Origin: a virus | Lineage: Duplodnaviria; Heunggongvirae; Uroviricota; Caudoviricetes | Strand: one strand, 5' to 3' | Length of the DNA stretch: 44,920 nucleotides | Virus record (IMG/VR): IMGVR_UViG_3300022173_000112 | Span: 66,916-111,835 of that record | In this document: in pieces, positions 33,942 through 43,720 of the stretch | Numbering within the stretch: the first letter of the stretch is position 1 | Layout: each line of letters opens with the position of its first letter | The notes under the pieces: model-generated | Databases searched by the model: none | The model's input: the letters and a program-made list of their open reading frames with translations, nothing else | Told to the model about the DNA's origin: nothing | Translations under genes and position numbers: made by a program

Positions 33942-33996
33942 GGGTTGTATTCGACGCTCTCTCCGCCTAAAGGCAAGTGCTTTCGTTATACAACCC
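33942..33996 (-). ncRNA. small structured element between the coat terminator and tRNA-Asp
   Basis: 9-bp closing stem gggttgtat/atacaaccc with inner gcc-ttta-ggc (minus strand). Confidence 0.3.
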
Positions 33997-34003
33997 GAAA
34001 ATT

Positions 34004-34032
34004 ACGGGGCAACCTCAATGAGGTTGCCCCGT
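34004..34032 (-). terminator. hairpin/terminator after the major capsid gene
   Basis: 13-bp stem acggggcaacctc/gaggttgccccgt, followed on the minus strand by AATTTT. Confidence 0.75.
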
Positions 34033-34036
34033 TTGA

Positions 34037-35446
34037 TTACGCTACGAACACGGCACCGAGGTTGGTGTCGAGTGTCTTGATACCCGCGAGGATATCGAGA
34101 GTCACGCGAGTACCCTGGGCCTTGCCGTCGTAGGTCATGACAACGCGAACGGACAGGCCGTTGTAGTTGACGTTGGCCGACGCAGCACCGATTCCCTGGC
34201 GAGGCAGTTCCATCGGACGGGTCACGAGTGCAATCGCGTTCTTGTGGAAGGCGAAGTTGTACTCACCCATCGGCGACAGTTGCACAGGCGCTTCGTCCGC
34301 GACCGCAACTTGCAGCGAACGGTCCAAGGTCAGACCGTAGCTCGGGCCGGCGTAGGTGGACACGTTGATGATCGTGTACACCGGGCTGTTGGCCGTGTTG
34401 CTGAACGAAACCAGCTGACCAATCTTCGGCACGACCGAGAGACCGTCAACGATGATTTCCTTGTTGTACCCAGCCGCGTATCCGGCGGTGAGTTCAACAG
34501 CGCCCGGAGTCGTGAAGGTCACGACCGCACTGTCAAGCACCGCACCCGTGAGGGCCGGTGTGAAAGTGATGCTGGTCGCCGTTCCCTGGCCACCAGTCAG
34601 AACGCGGTGAGGAACGCCCGAGCCAACAACCGTGAACCACGCGTTGTTGAGGAAGTCCGTCGTACCGGTCTTGAGGGCGAGGGTCGTCGCGCCAGCCGCA
34701 GCAGCCGCGTTGGTGCGGTACGTCGCGTCGACAGACGGAGTCACGGCAACGCTGGACATGTGCTGAGACATGTACGTTCCGAATCCGTACTTGCGACCGA
34801 TGTACGCGTTCGCGAGAGCCTGACCTTGGTCACCGACTTGGTTGGCCTGCGTGAAAATCGGCAGGTTCAAGAGAGTGGTTTCGGTCGAGGGAGTCAGAAT
34901 CAGGTTACGTCCATCGACGTAAGCCAGGTTCCGATTCATGATTTCGCGAGTTCCGAGGATGCCGTCGATCGCGTTGTTGACGGTCAGGCCGTTCAGGGTT
35001 CCATAGGCATTGCCCATGAAGTTGCTGACCTGGCCGAGAACGACCTTGTCAATGGCCTGAGCGTGCGCCAACATGGCGGGACGCATGTATTCGGTCACCA
35101 GGTCCTTGAAGGACTTGCTGGCTTCCGAATCGTAGATGACGAAGGTCACGTGGAAGAGCTGGTCGAGGACGACCGCTACGTTCGTGGCCACGGCATCTTG
35201 ATCCGTCACGTTTTCCGTGCCGGTCTTGCGGAGGGCGGTGAACTTGCTCGGACGACGGGTATTGACCGTGTCGCCGTAGGAGGCGATCAGCGGGCTAAAA
35301 TCCCGGTGAACGAGGTTCGCAGCCACCATATTTTCCTCAAGGATGGCGAGCGATTCCTGTGCCCACATCTGAGGAACGTATGCGCTGTTGTCGTTCGCGT
35401 AAACGGTGCAAACAGCGACCGCTTTGAGGTAATTGAGAGTCTTCAT
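34037..35446 (-). CDS. major capsid protein (P22 coat-like, HK97 fold) with inserted domains
   Basis: YVPQMWAQESLAILEENMVAANLVHRDF...YGDTVNTRRP, LDQLFHVTFVI, NFAFHKNAIALVTRPM...TLDILAGIKTL; strong codon bias. Confidence 0.92.
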   Translation of the reverse strand: MKTLNYLKAVAVCTVYANDNSAYVPQMWAQESLAILEENMVAANLVHRDFSPLIASYGDTVNTRRPSKFTALRKTGTENVTDQDAVATNVAVVLDQLFHVTFVIYDSEASKSFKDLVTEYMRPAMLAHAQAIDKVVLGQVSNFMGNAYGTLNGLTVNNAIDGILGTREIMNRNLAYVDGRNLILTPSTETTLLNLPIFTQANQVGDQGQALANAYIGRKYGFGTYMSQHMSSVAVTPSVDATYRTNAAAAAGATTLALKTGTTDFLNNAWFTVVGSGVPHRVLTGGQGTATSITFTPALTGAVLDSAVVTFTTPGAVELTAGYAAGYNKEIIVDGLSVVPKIGQLVSFSNTANSPVYTIINVSTYAGPSYGLTLDRSLQVAVADEAPVQLSPMGEYNFAFHKNAIALVTRPMELPRQGIGAASANVNYNGLSVRVVMTYDGKAQGTRVTLDILAGIKTLDTNLGAVFVA

Positions 35447-35449
35447 GTT

Positions 35450-36262
35450 TTACAGACCTTCTTTCTTGCGCCACTCACGATATTGAGCGGGCGTCATTTC
35501 GGATGGATCGACACCCCTGCCACCGGGCCGTGTATTGGCTCCCACGCCAGCCTGTGCAGTAGTTTCAAACAAGTATCCGTACTTGGGAATTTCTTTCATG
35601 CGTGCCACAACTTCCGGCACCGTCAGGTCCGCGACGAATTCCTTCTTCTCTTTGTCAACGTCCTTGAACTTGGTCTTCGGAACGAAATCGCCGGTCGGTT
35701 GACCAGATTCGTCCAAGACTTCAACGAGTCGCGTCTGCGGCCCCAGAATAGCAATCAACGCGTCAGAGTCGAATGCTTTGTGGGCTGCTGCCTCACTGGT
35801 AATCGCTTGCTTGATCTGAGACGAATGAAAGCGATTCTTCCACTGATCACGATCGGCCGTGAGTTGCTCGGTCGTGGCCTTAAGGTCCTTCTCAAGCTTT
35901 TCTTTTTCCTTGGCAGCGCGTTGTTCCTTTGTCAACACGCTATTTTGAAGCTCTTCGATCTTGGTCGTCAGATTCGTCCGTTCTTGATCGGAGAGACTTT
36001 TGGACTTCTTCAACTGCTCAAGCTCAGCGACGTGCTTGTCGACTTGAGCCTTGTGCTTTCGACGATCTTCCGCCAGCATCTTGTTCACTTGGTCCTGTGT
36101 GAACACCTGGTTCGGATTCGCTTTTGCTTCCGCTTCGGCTTTTGCTTTCGCAGCAGCTTCGGCATCAGCAGTAGCTTTGGCTTCCGCTTCCTTTGCGGCC
36201 GCTTCTTCATCGCCATCGTAAAACGTCGAAACGATCAGCCCAGGGAGGTAACGATTCTTCAT
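35450..36262 (-). CDS. capsid scaffolding protein
   Basis: Ala/Glu/Lys-rich N-terminus, FTQDQVNKML, coiled coil, C-terminal MTPAQYREWRKKEGL; directly upstream of the coat gene. Confidence 0.85.
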   Translation of the reverse strand: MKNRYLPGLIVSTFYDGDEEAAAKEAEAKATADAEAAAKAKAEAEAKANPNQVFTQDQVNKMLAEDRRKHKAQVDKHVAELEQLKKSKSLSDQERTNLTTKIEELQNSVLTKEQRAAKEKEKLEKDLKATTEQLTADRDQWKNRFHSSQIKQAITSEAAAHKAFDSDALIAILGPQTRLVEVLDESGQPTGDFVPKTKFKDVDKEKKEFVADLTVPEVVARMKEIPKYGYLFETTAQAGVGANTRPGGRGVDPSEMTPAQYREWRKKEGL

Positions 36263-36284
36263 TGCACACCTTTAGAAATCCCTA

Positions 36285-38051
36285 CTATTTGATGGGTGTA
36301 GGTTTCCCAGTTCCGCGTACTGGCACTTTACCAGTATCATTTTGAGTGGGGTCTTTCTGTTCCTTCTTCTCGTTTTTACCAGCCAGTGGGTCACCACCCT
36401 GGTCTACGATTCCTCTGGCTTGTCCATCTTGGACAGGATTCTTAGGAGCTTGAGCCTCCTGAATCCGTTTCAATCGCTTCTCATGGTCCTTTTCAGCTTT
36501 CTCGGCCTCACCCTCAGGGTAGCCGCGAAGGATAGAAGCTGTACCGTTGGAAACCAATCCATGTTCCACATCACTGGCAATCGTCACAGGATCGCTACAG
36601 AAACCAGGAGCATCATCAATTTCCTTATAAATCTTCTCCATCGTTTCTTTCGAACTAGACGCTGCAAGCAACGAGTTTGCCAATTTCTTGCCAACAGTCT
36701 TTTGATACGTAACACTCGGTACAAGTGGCAGAAGTTTGCCCAACTGTTCCGATTCGGTACGGCGATCTTGTTCAGTCCGTAGCGTGTACGTTTCAGGATA
36801 GTTGACTGTCGCGACTTTGTTCTCTCCTTCGTAGTACGACCAAATCTCGGCGACTTTCCGTTCGCCGTTTTCAAGGGTCATACCAATGTAGCTAAGACCA
36901 GCTTCAAGAGAAGCTTCATCTTTTGCTTTCGATTCCGCCGATGCCATTCGTGGACCTTTGAGATTCGCAAGAGCCAATCCGACGAGTTGTCGAATTTCAC
37001 CCTTGAGTTGGTCCTGTTTCTCCATCGAGGCGGTCATCGGTTCCGAGGAAGGGTGAATGAACTTCGGAGCGTCCAAACCCTTCGGATATCGTCGTCCTTT
37101 TGCGACACCCATTTTGACTTCTTCGGTGCTGCTTGTCACAGCACCTTCTGCCGTACCATCTCCAGCAGGTCGGAGATGTTGGCTATTCATTCGTGCTTCG
37201 TACTGTTCGACGTAGAATGGGAAGTTAGCTTTCAGCGAATAAATCATATCCGCCGAAGCCAGATTGAGCAAAGCAATCTGGTAATCCGCGATGTTCTTCA
37301 TCAGCGAATCGCTAATCTCAAACAATACGAACGGCACAATCGGAATGTTCAGGACTGTTGGGTCTTTGACAGGTTGATTATTCTTATCAACCATGTCACC
37401 AGCAGCATTGTAGAAAGCGAAGTAGACCTTTCCGGCTTCCTTCCAGATTCGTCGATAACGCTCAACACAATTCACCGGGAAACCAAACTGATTATCATAT
37501 TCGTAAATATGATCTCTCAGTAAGACAGATTGAAACTGAGTAAGGTCATCAGTATCATCAAGCTTCCAAGCTCGAATGTCTTCGGTGATGTAAGTGTAAA
37601 GGTAAGGATGTTTGTGTGCCGAATCTGCCTGACTTTGTCCTACGTCACTCGGCATATCGACATACACCCCGACTTTACGCATCTTGAGCATTTCCTCAAG
37701 AACACTACATCCAATGTAGTAGTTCATCGAAGAGCCGCACAAATCGACACCACCGTTGCCACCCTCACAAGCTGCTTGATACTTCTTACTGCCACCTTGC
37801 CGGCTCACATCGGCCATACGCTGATAGATGGAGTTCTTCACTTCATCAAGAGCGGCCTTTGCAAAGGCAGGACAATAAGAAATATCCCGACGCATCGTAA
37901 AATCATCAGGGTCTTCACGATTGGTAAATTGTCGGAGATACTTTCGGATGAAAGCGGTTCCGCTCTCATACGTGTATCTCCACTTTATCCATTCTTGAAG
38001 TTGTTGCTGGTAATCGGGATGCGTCAAATTACAAACATTTGCATTTGACAT
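36285..38051 (-). CDS. portal protein (DUF4055-like)
   Basis: HPDY...W...YL.QF.NRED.DDF..RR..SY.P.F, IPIVPFV, LALANL; low-complexity C-tail; position before the scaffold. Confidence 0.85.
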   Translation of the reverse strand: MSNANVCNLTHPDYQQQLQEWIKWRYTYESGTAFIRKYLRQFTNREDPDDFTMRRDISYCPAFAKAALDEVKNSIYQRMADVSRQGGSKKYQAACEGGNGGVDLCGSSMNYYIGCSVLEEMLKMRKVGVYVDMPSDVGQSQADSAHKHPYLYTYITEDIRAWKLDDTDDLTQFQSVLLRDHIYEYDNQFGFPVNCVERYRRIWKEAGKVYFAFYNAAGDMVDKNNQPVKDPTVLNIPIVPFVLFEISDSLMKNIADYQIALLNLASADMIYSLKANFPFYVEQYEARMNSQHLRPAGDGTAEGAVTSSTEEVKMGVAKGRRYPKGLDAPKFIHPSSEPMTASMEKQDQLKGEIRQLVGLALANLKGPRMASAESKAKDEASLEAGLSYIGMTLENGERKVAEIWSYYEGENKVATVNYPETYTLRTEQDRRTESEQLGKLLPLVPSVTYQKTVGKKLANSLLAASSSKETMEKIYKEIDDAPGFCSDPVTIASDVEHGLVSNGTASILRGYPEGEAEKAEKDHEKRLKRIQEAQAPKNPVQDGQARGIVDQGGDPLAGKNEKKEQKDPTQNDTGKVPVRGTGKPTPIK

Positions 38052-38063
38052 GTCATCTCCAGA

Positions 38064-38315
38064 TTACTGGGTACTCTGCTTGAGTCCCAACGTGTTGCCA
38101 GTGGAAAGAGAAATCGCTTTTCCGTTCGGTAGTTCTTTGAGTCCGTTGGGCAATGCTTGTCCAAGGACTTCCCAATTCGAGGCGTCCAACACCTTGGCTC
38201 CGGTTTTCGGATTGTAGGTGATGCCCGCACCACAGGCGGAACAAGCGTGTGGATGGGAGCATTCACCCGCTTGTTCCGCCGATTCTACATGACCGCATGT
38301 TTTGCACTTAAACAT
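38064..38315 (-). CDS. small Zn-ribbon protein
   Basis: CKTC...CSHPHACSAC. Confidence 0.65.
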   Translation of the reverse strand: MFKCKTCGHVESAEQAGECSHPHACSACGAGITYNPKTGAKVLDASNWEVLGQALPNGLKELPNGKAISLSTGNTLGLKQSTQ

Positions 38316-38317
38316 GA

Positions 38318-39172
38318 TTACCCCGAAACCGTGAGAGTGTCGGTCACAGTGAGCGTGTCACCGTTGCCGACTGTTGCGTCTTGGTTCAACACCGTCTCGA
38401 AAATCATCGGGTCGGCTCCAGCAGCACTCAGCGTGGTGAAGAGACCCATCCGGTGAATCGCGGTCAACGTACCGCTAATCGAGAATGCTTTTTGCAGCGT
38501 GAACGTCGCAGCACCAAAGGTATGGGCATACGTCGCCAACGCACGGGCACCACCGTTGTTGGTGATTTCGGAGGCAAGCACCGTGTTCGATGCACTTGCA
38601 GCCGAAGAGTTTGTCGTCAAGGCCATGAATCGAGCAGCAGCAAAGCCACCCGGTGCGATGATGAAAGCATCACCGCTTGTCGGTGTCGTGCCTGTCGTGT
38701 CATCAGCCTTCCACCATTTGTCAATGGTGATTACGTTGGTCGTGTTGCTGATGATGTTGCCGTACACAACCGGGTTGGTGCTGGTATTCGGTGCCGCATA
38801 GACACGCATACCAGCCAGACCGAGTTGAGGGGTGGCAAGGTTACTGGCGGTCCATACCGAGCCAGTACCAGTGATGCTTGTGCTGGAAATACCAGTGGAG
38901 ATATCCGACGCAACAGTATTACCTGCTGCCGAGAATCCACCGATTGCGCCGCACAGCCAGTCACGACCAATGTTGGTCAGCAAGTTGTAGCTGACACCAA
39001 GGTCTTCATAGGAACCATCCGCTCGGGTGATTCCTACATGGATTGCGTTCGGTCCCATGCGGACCTTACCGATCGATTCGTGCGAACCGGACTTCACACG
39101 CTGACGGAACATGGACATCATTGCCCCGTCATTGTAGTGAACGATTCTATTCAGTATGTTCTTGAAGAACAT
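38318..39172 (-). CDS. virion structural protein (tail-fiber-like) inserted between terL and portal
   Basis: Start MFFKN after AGGAG; NLLTNIGRDWL, MALTT..., FTLQKAF, GLFTT..., DATVGNGDTLTVT; Thr/Ser/Gly-rich. Confidence 0.65.
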   Translation of the reverse strand: MFFKNILNRIVHYNDGAMMSMFRQRVKSGSHESIGKVRMGPNAIHVGITRADGSYEDLGVSYNLLTNIGRDWLCGAIGGFSAAGNTVASDISTGISSTSITGTGSVWTASNLATPQLGLAGMRVYAAPNTSTNPVVYGNIISNTTNVITIDKWWKADDTTGTTPTSGDAFIIAPGGFAAARFMALTTNSSAASASNTVLASEITNNGGARALATYAHTFGAATFTLQKAFSISGTLTAIHRMGLFTTLSAAGADPMIFETVLNQDATVGNGDTLTVTDTLTVSG

Positions 39173-39180
39173 GGTTTCTC

Positions 39181-40854
39181 CTATATAGGTGTTTCGACAA
39201 TGTCTTGGCTCTGACCCATACCACACGCAAAAGGCAGAGCGATTTCTGCGTAGTTTCGTGCGTGTGCCAAGTGGTCTTCATCTCGTTCCTTCTTGATGTA
39301 TTTTGCCACAGGGTTACCATCCTGGTCTTTCTCGAACACACGCACCAAGGCTTTCAGGTGCTGCAAGTATTCGAGGTCAGTGTCATTTGGCAGTTCAATT
39401 CTCTTCGACCGGAATCGGCCGAGAGACATATCCAGCCACGATGTTCGATCAACTGTGATAGTTGGTTCTGCGTTTCGGTCCGCATTCGGTACGTTAATCT
39501 GTTTCCCTTGGATGCCTCGTCCATAGAAACACATCTTAACGTAACCCCAAAAGCGAGAGGCAAATTCAAATGCCTTGCGTCTTTCAGGATTCGCATCAAC
39601 TACACAGAAGTTGATTTGAAACTCTCGCATCAACACATCCAGGTCTTCGAACTTTTGAACCTTACCCATCGTTACAACACGACAGTAAGATTCCAAGTTC
39701 AAGTCATTCTGAACATGCTCCGGTGGGTACCACAAGTCGATTTCGTAGTGAATCCATTTACCGATATCGACACCCATTGTCGTGAAGCCATTCTTCGGAA
39801 GTTCTTTCTTTTTGTAAGAACCGTAGCACTTCTTGATGGTTTCGTCATCAAGCTTCGCACCATCGACAGTATGAGCAAGTCCGCCTTTCGAGTTCCAATA
39901 CTCTTGCTCGACAGCCGGGTTGTATTCCGATTCTATCGAGAACTTCGCCAGTTCGTATGGCGACACTGTCGGCGAATACTGCTGATGAATGTAGAAGCCA
40001 CGTTCCTCACGGTCCGTATAGCTTGGCACCCATCGACCAGTTTGAAGCCACTCATGCTTGCCCTTATGAGGCAACACGGCTTTACAGTGTAAGCAAATCA
40101 AGTGGCTCTTTTCCAAGTCGGGATCAAACAGGTCTTTACCAGTGACCACCAACGACTTAGGAAACTCCAACTCGATGAATCTTTTGCAACTTGGACAGTT
40201 GAAGAAGAAATGCTCTTGAGTGGTCTTACCAAACAAGTCATCAATTCCAAAGGTAGGAATCGTAGGCGTTGAAATCGCCCAAGCATTCTTTGTCAATTGA
40301 CCGTCTTGACGAGCCATAGCCAGTGGAATGTTCTTCTCCACCATTTCGTCAACTTCGTCCAGTACCAAGAAGCCGACAGGAATCGACTTCAACTGGGAGC
40401 GACTTTTGCTACCACGAATGTAAAGATTCGTAGGGCCGGCTCGTTTGTGTCCGATGTTCTTCACATCACTGAAAAGATTCTCCAGATGCGGCGACAGTTC
40501 CAAAGCCGGATCGAATCGTCCGGTAGAAAAGTCGCTCGCATCAGGAGTCTTTGATGGAAGCACATAAAGGCAATCAATCCGTTCGATATCAATCTTGAAG
40601 AACGTCAGATTGAGAACGGTTTCCGTGTAGCCCATCTGTGCTGACTTCTTACCCACATTCATTGGGGCTTGAGAATCATGCATCTCCTTCAACCAAGGAT
40701 GGTGTTTGAATCGCCACGGACCAGGGAAGTCCTTACCACCAAGTACCCGGTACTTTTCAGCCCATTGGGAGCAGGTAGTAATCGATTTCCGACTAAGTCC
40801 GGCAGCGATTCTATTGGCCATTTCCTTGAATAAGGGGTGTTTCAGGTTCGGCAT
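39181..40854 (-). CDS. terL: terminase large subunit, lambda GpA-like
   Basis: Walker A KSAQMGYTE, Walker B LVLDEVD, coupling motif STP, Zn site CPSC...CLHC, nuclease TMGVDIG. Confidence 0.95.
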   Translation of the reverse strand: MPNLKHPLFKEMANRIAAGLSRKSITTCSQWAEKYRVLGGKDFPGPWRFKHHPWLKEMHDSQAPMNVGKKSAQMGYTETVLNLTFFKIDIERIDCLYVLPSKTPDASDFSTGRFDPALELSPHLENLFSDVKNIGHKRAGPTNLYIRGSKSRSQLKSIPVGFLVLDEVDEMVEKNIPLAMARQDGQLTKNAWAISTPTIPTFGIDDLFGKTTQEHFFFNCPSCKRFIELEFPKSLVVTGKDLFDPDLEKSHLICLHCKAVLPHKGKHEWLQTGRWVPSYTDREERGFYIHQQYSPTVSPYELAKFSIESEYNPAVEQEYWNSKGGLAHTVDGAKLDDETIKKCYGSYKKKELPKNGFTTMGVDIGKWIHYEIDLWYPPEHVQNDLNLESYCRVVTMGKVQKFEDLDVLMREFQINFCVVDANPERRKAFEFASRFWGYVKMCFYGRGIQGKQINVPNADRNAEPTITVDRTSWLDMSLGRFRSKRIELPNDTDLEYLQHLKALVRVFEKDQDGNPVAKYIKKERDEDHLAHARNYAEIALPFACGMGQSQDIVETPI

Positions 40855-41383
40855 GATTCATCTCTGTAATAACTCGCATGATGCGTTCGGAGACGCCAGC
40901 AATCTTGTCGGGAGGGCAAACCTCTCCGATGATTTGAATGACGACATCGCCCATGAACATCATGTTTTGTTTGTTGACCAGTTGACCAGTAGCCAGTTCG
41001 AGTTTGTGGCAGCTTGCCACGAGTTTTTCGATTTTCACGACCAAGTCGGAAATCTTGGAAGAGTAAAGCATGAGGTCAGTATCGGTATGACACTTATTCA
41101 TGGTCTCTTCAAGTAGTAATCGTAGCACTCCAATTTCTTCATGGAGGCTCTTCAACGAATCATTGTCGGCCAATTCGTTGATGCGGTGTTGCCATTTGTT
41201 GATTCTGTAGTTTCTTGCCTCTTTTTGTTCAGCAATCTTATTGCCGATTCCAAAGTGCAGCTTACAGAACTTCTGTCCTGGCACCGCTCGAATGTTGCAA
41301 GGGCCATGAGCATTCAGGCCCTGGCAACATGTAGGATCATCCGCCTCAACGCGGATAAATGATTGGGCATCTTCAATTGGCAT
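40811..41383 (-). CDS. putative terminase small subunit
   Basis: Overlaps the terL start; C-x8-C-x10-C-xx-H Zn knuckle followed by a helical region (SLHEEIGVLRLLLE). Confidence 0.6.
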   Translation of the reverse strand: MPIEDAQSFIRVEADDPTCCQGLNAHGPCNIRAVPGQKFCKLHFGIGNKIAEQKEARNYRINKWQHRINELADNDSLKSLHEEIGVLRLLLEETMNKCHTDTDLMLYSSKISDLVVKIEKLVASCHKLELATGQLVNKQNMMFMGDVVIQIIGEVCPPDKIAGVSERIMRVITEMNHAEPETPLIQGNGQ

Positions 41384-42644
41384 TTTTCACCATGGCATTC
41401 AAGTGTGCTGCGTAACCCCGTTTGGCACTGTATAAGAAGGCTTGAGCGGCTCTCATGCCACCCACGTAGCCCTTCTTAAAGTGCCAAGAATCAGTCCCAC
41501 ACAAGCTAGGTAGGACTCGCACCAATACACCGTCGATCGTCTCGGCGGCATTGTAATGCGTTTCTTTCACTCGATGGAAGTGTCCCAACTTCCATTCCCG
41601 GTGAGTCGTTCTGGCCCACTCATGAGGCCATTGTCCGGCCATAATCGCCGGTAAAGAGCCGTGTTTTTCGTCACAACCGTGAGTATAACCCAAAAGATTC
41701 ACACCATATTCGATGTGTTTCCTTGGCATTTCACTCGCATCCACGGTGACCGTCCTGGTGTGACGGTAATGGGCTTCGAGAACCTTGATAAGGTACCAAC
41801 TTGTGTACCAGTCATGATTCCCAGGTACCCAAAGGATGTGTACTGGAGCGATTCCCATGAGCAAATCGCAAAGATTAATCAAGGCTCGCTGTCCTGTAGC
41901 GAAAATCTTGGCTAATCGGCCATCAACATCTTGTGGAGTACCGGCAGTTGTCGTGTTATTTGGTCCATCAACGTGGAAAAAGTCTTGTCCGATAGGCAAA
42001 ACGATTCTGTCAATGTTGAACCCACGACTTTTTTCGATCAACTCATACGCCGCATCAGCGTAAATCTGTTCCGCGATCTTGAGATCGTAGTTCTCTCCGG
42101 TTTCTCGGCCCCAAGCCAACTTACCGAAGTGGTGGTCCCAAATACTTACCTCAAGAAGGTAAGGATCAGCGTGTTTCTCGTAAAAGATTCGGTCGATTTT
42201 CGCGGCAGGCACTTGTTCGAGGAAGAGTTTTATGCCATCTTCGATCAAAACAGGCACTTTTCTTCGCAAAAAGACCTTAACTTGCCACAATTCTGTTGCG
42301 GCAAGCACCTTTTTCTTTGAATTTTTCGGCTCAATCTTGGCAACACAGTCCCATTTGTTGACTACAAAGCGTTCGACTTCCCAAACCTTTGTATTGACTT
42401 GTGCAGCCTTGAGAGCTTGATCCAATGTTCGCACTGTCTTGGAGTGCGAAGTGATTACTGTGACATCTTCCTTAACATCAACCTCTAAGTTTTCCTTAAC
42501 CCCTGCTAGTGTTTCCTTCCCGGCCTTCAACTTGCGACGAATCGAAGTGATTGTACGACCCAAACGAGATGCGATTTCCTTATGAGGCACCTTTTCTTTA
42601 TTCAGGTTGTGTAAAATCGCTTCTTGCTCAGGTGTCCAGAACAT
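41373..42644 (-). CDS. HTH + calcineurin-like metallophosphoesterase
   Basis: N-terminal WTPEQE...IASRLGRTITSIRRK; motifs DHHFG, GQDFFH, PGNHD, THG, GHFH. Confidence 0.88.
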   Translation of the reverse strand: MFWTPEQEAILHNLNKEKVPHKEIASRLGRTITSIRRKLKAGKETLAGVKENLEVDVKEDVTVITSHSKTVRTLDQALKAAQVNTKVWEVERFVVNKWDCVAKIEPKNSKKKVLAATELWQVKVFLRRKVPVLIEDGIKLFLEQVPAAKIDRIFYEKHADPYLLEVSIWDHHFGKLAWGRETGENYDLKIAEQIYADAAYELIEKSRGFNIDRIVLPIGQDFFHVDGPNNTTTAGTPQDVDGRLAKIFATGQRALINLCDLLMGIAPVHILWVPGNHDWYTSWYLIKVLEAHYRHTRTVTVDASEMPRKHIEYGVNLLGYTHGCDEKHGSLPAIMAGQWPHEWARTTHREWKLGHFHRVKETHYNAAETIDGVLVRVLPSLCGTDSWHFKKGYVGGMRAAQAFLYSAKRGYAAHLNAMVKNAN

Positions 42645-42677
42645 AAAATCCCCAACTGAGGATGAAAGAAACTACCG

Positions 42678-43451
42678 TCACCGCGATGTAACTCGAACCG
42701 GTCTTGCGACCACATCCGCCACATACCCTCCTCGCGGAGAGATGGGCGGATGTCCACCGCAATTCTGACACGTATGTGTCGGGTTGGCGGTATGGTCCCA
42801 AGTATCACCACAATTGGTGCAGGTGTGAGTGTGGCCTACAGGATTCCTAACAGCCGATGTCTTTTGCACACCAACCCAAATTCGGCCGTATGGACACGTT
42901 GGGCACTCTTGATAACCCGGAGTAAGCGGGTAATAAATGTGCAAAATGTCCAAACGAATGCGTTGTTTGGGTGTATTTGGCGGAAAGTCCAACCGAATCA
43001 ATGTTCCATCCTTAGGAACACCAACGATGTAACCAGGCTTCTCGCCTGTAATCGTTTTCAATTCGATCAGTTTCCACATCGGACTTTCGATTTTCGGGGC
43101 ACTTACAGCAAGTACCACAGCTTTGTTGTCCTTGACAGCTTTCTTGTACACAGCGTCAAAGCTGTTACAGGCGACGCAATCGCAACTGTCCTTCGTGCAC
43201 TTGCAATCAGTGCAGTCGCAGTTCTGACAAACGCAACTGATTTTGACTGCTTCGAAAGCTTTTGCAGCTTTTGCTGTACAGCCAACACAGGCACATTTAT
43301 CACTGGTGCACTTGCAATCAACGCAAGTACATTTCTCGCACTTGCACATTTTGACTTGTTCGAAAGCCATCTTGGCCTTCTCAGTAGCCGTTTGTCCAAA
43401 AACTATGGACGGAAGGAGAAGAAACGCAAGTACAAGCAAACCCTTTTTCAC
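42678..43451 (-). CDS. secreted Cys-rich protein with two metallothionein-like repeats
   Basis: GTG start after GGAGG; signal peptide MKKGLLVLAFLLLPSIVFG; two 9-Cys blocks; C-terminal HTHTCxxC...HTCxxC. Confidence 0.75.
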   Translation of the reverse strand: MKKGLLVLAFLLLPSIVFGQTATEKAKMAFEQVKMCKCEKCTCVDCKCTSDKCACVGCTAKAAKAFEAVKISCVCQNCDCTDCKCTKDSCDCVACNSFDAVYKKAVKDNKAVVLAVSAPKIESPMWKLIELKTITGEKPGYIVGVPKDGTLIRLDFPPNTPKQRIRLDILHIYYPLTPGYQECPTCPYGRIWVGVQKTSAVRNPVGHTHTCTNCGDTWDHTANPTHTCQNCGGHPPISPRGGYVADVVARPVRVTSR

Positions 43452-43663
43452 ATCCAACCTCCATCGTTCAAGCAATCACCGGCATCCATTTGATTCGGAC
43501 GCGGTGCCCGAACCACTTGGTTGTTCTTCGGCGATTCGAAGCAATTCGCCTGATTCTGCGTCTGCACAACAATCATGCCCGTATTGAACATGTATGCCGG
43601 CATCGTGTATTCATCAGGATGAACCGGATCACCACCGAAACCACCAACAAATTCCATGCTCAT
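43448..43663 (-). CDS. hypothetical protein
   Basis: 71 aa; AGAGGG RBS; GTGA overlap with the next gene. Confidence 0.55.
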   Translation of the reverse strand: MSMEFVGGFGGDPVHPDEYTMPAYMFNTGMIVVQTQNQANCFESPKNNQVVRAPRPNQMDAGDCLNDGGWM

Positions 43664-43676
43664 GTCTTTACCCTCT

Positions 43677-43712
43677 AAAAAGCCCCGTTACCGATTCCTC
43701 GATAACGGGGCT
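43677..43712 (-). terminator. Rho-independent terminator after the C1 peptidase
   Basis: 10-bp stem agccccgtta/taacggggct, with a short T-run following on the minus strand. Confidence 0.7.
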
Positions 43713-43720
43713 GAGTTTGG

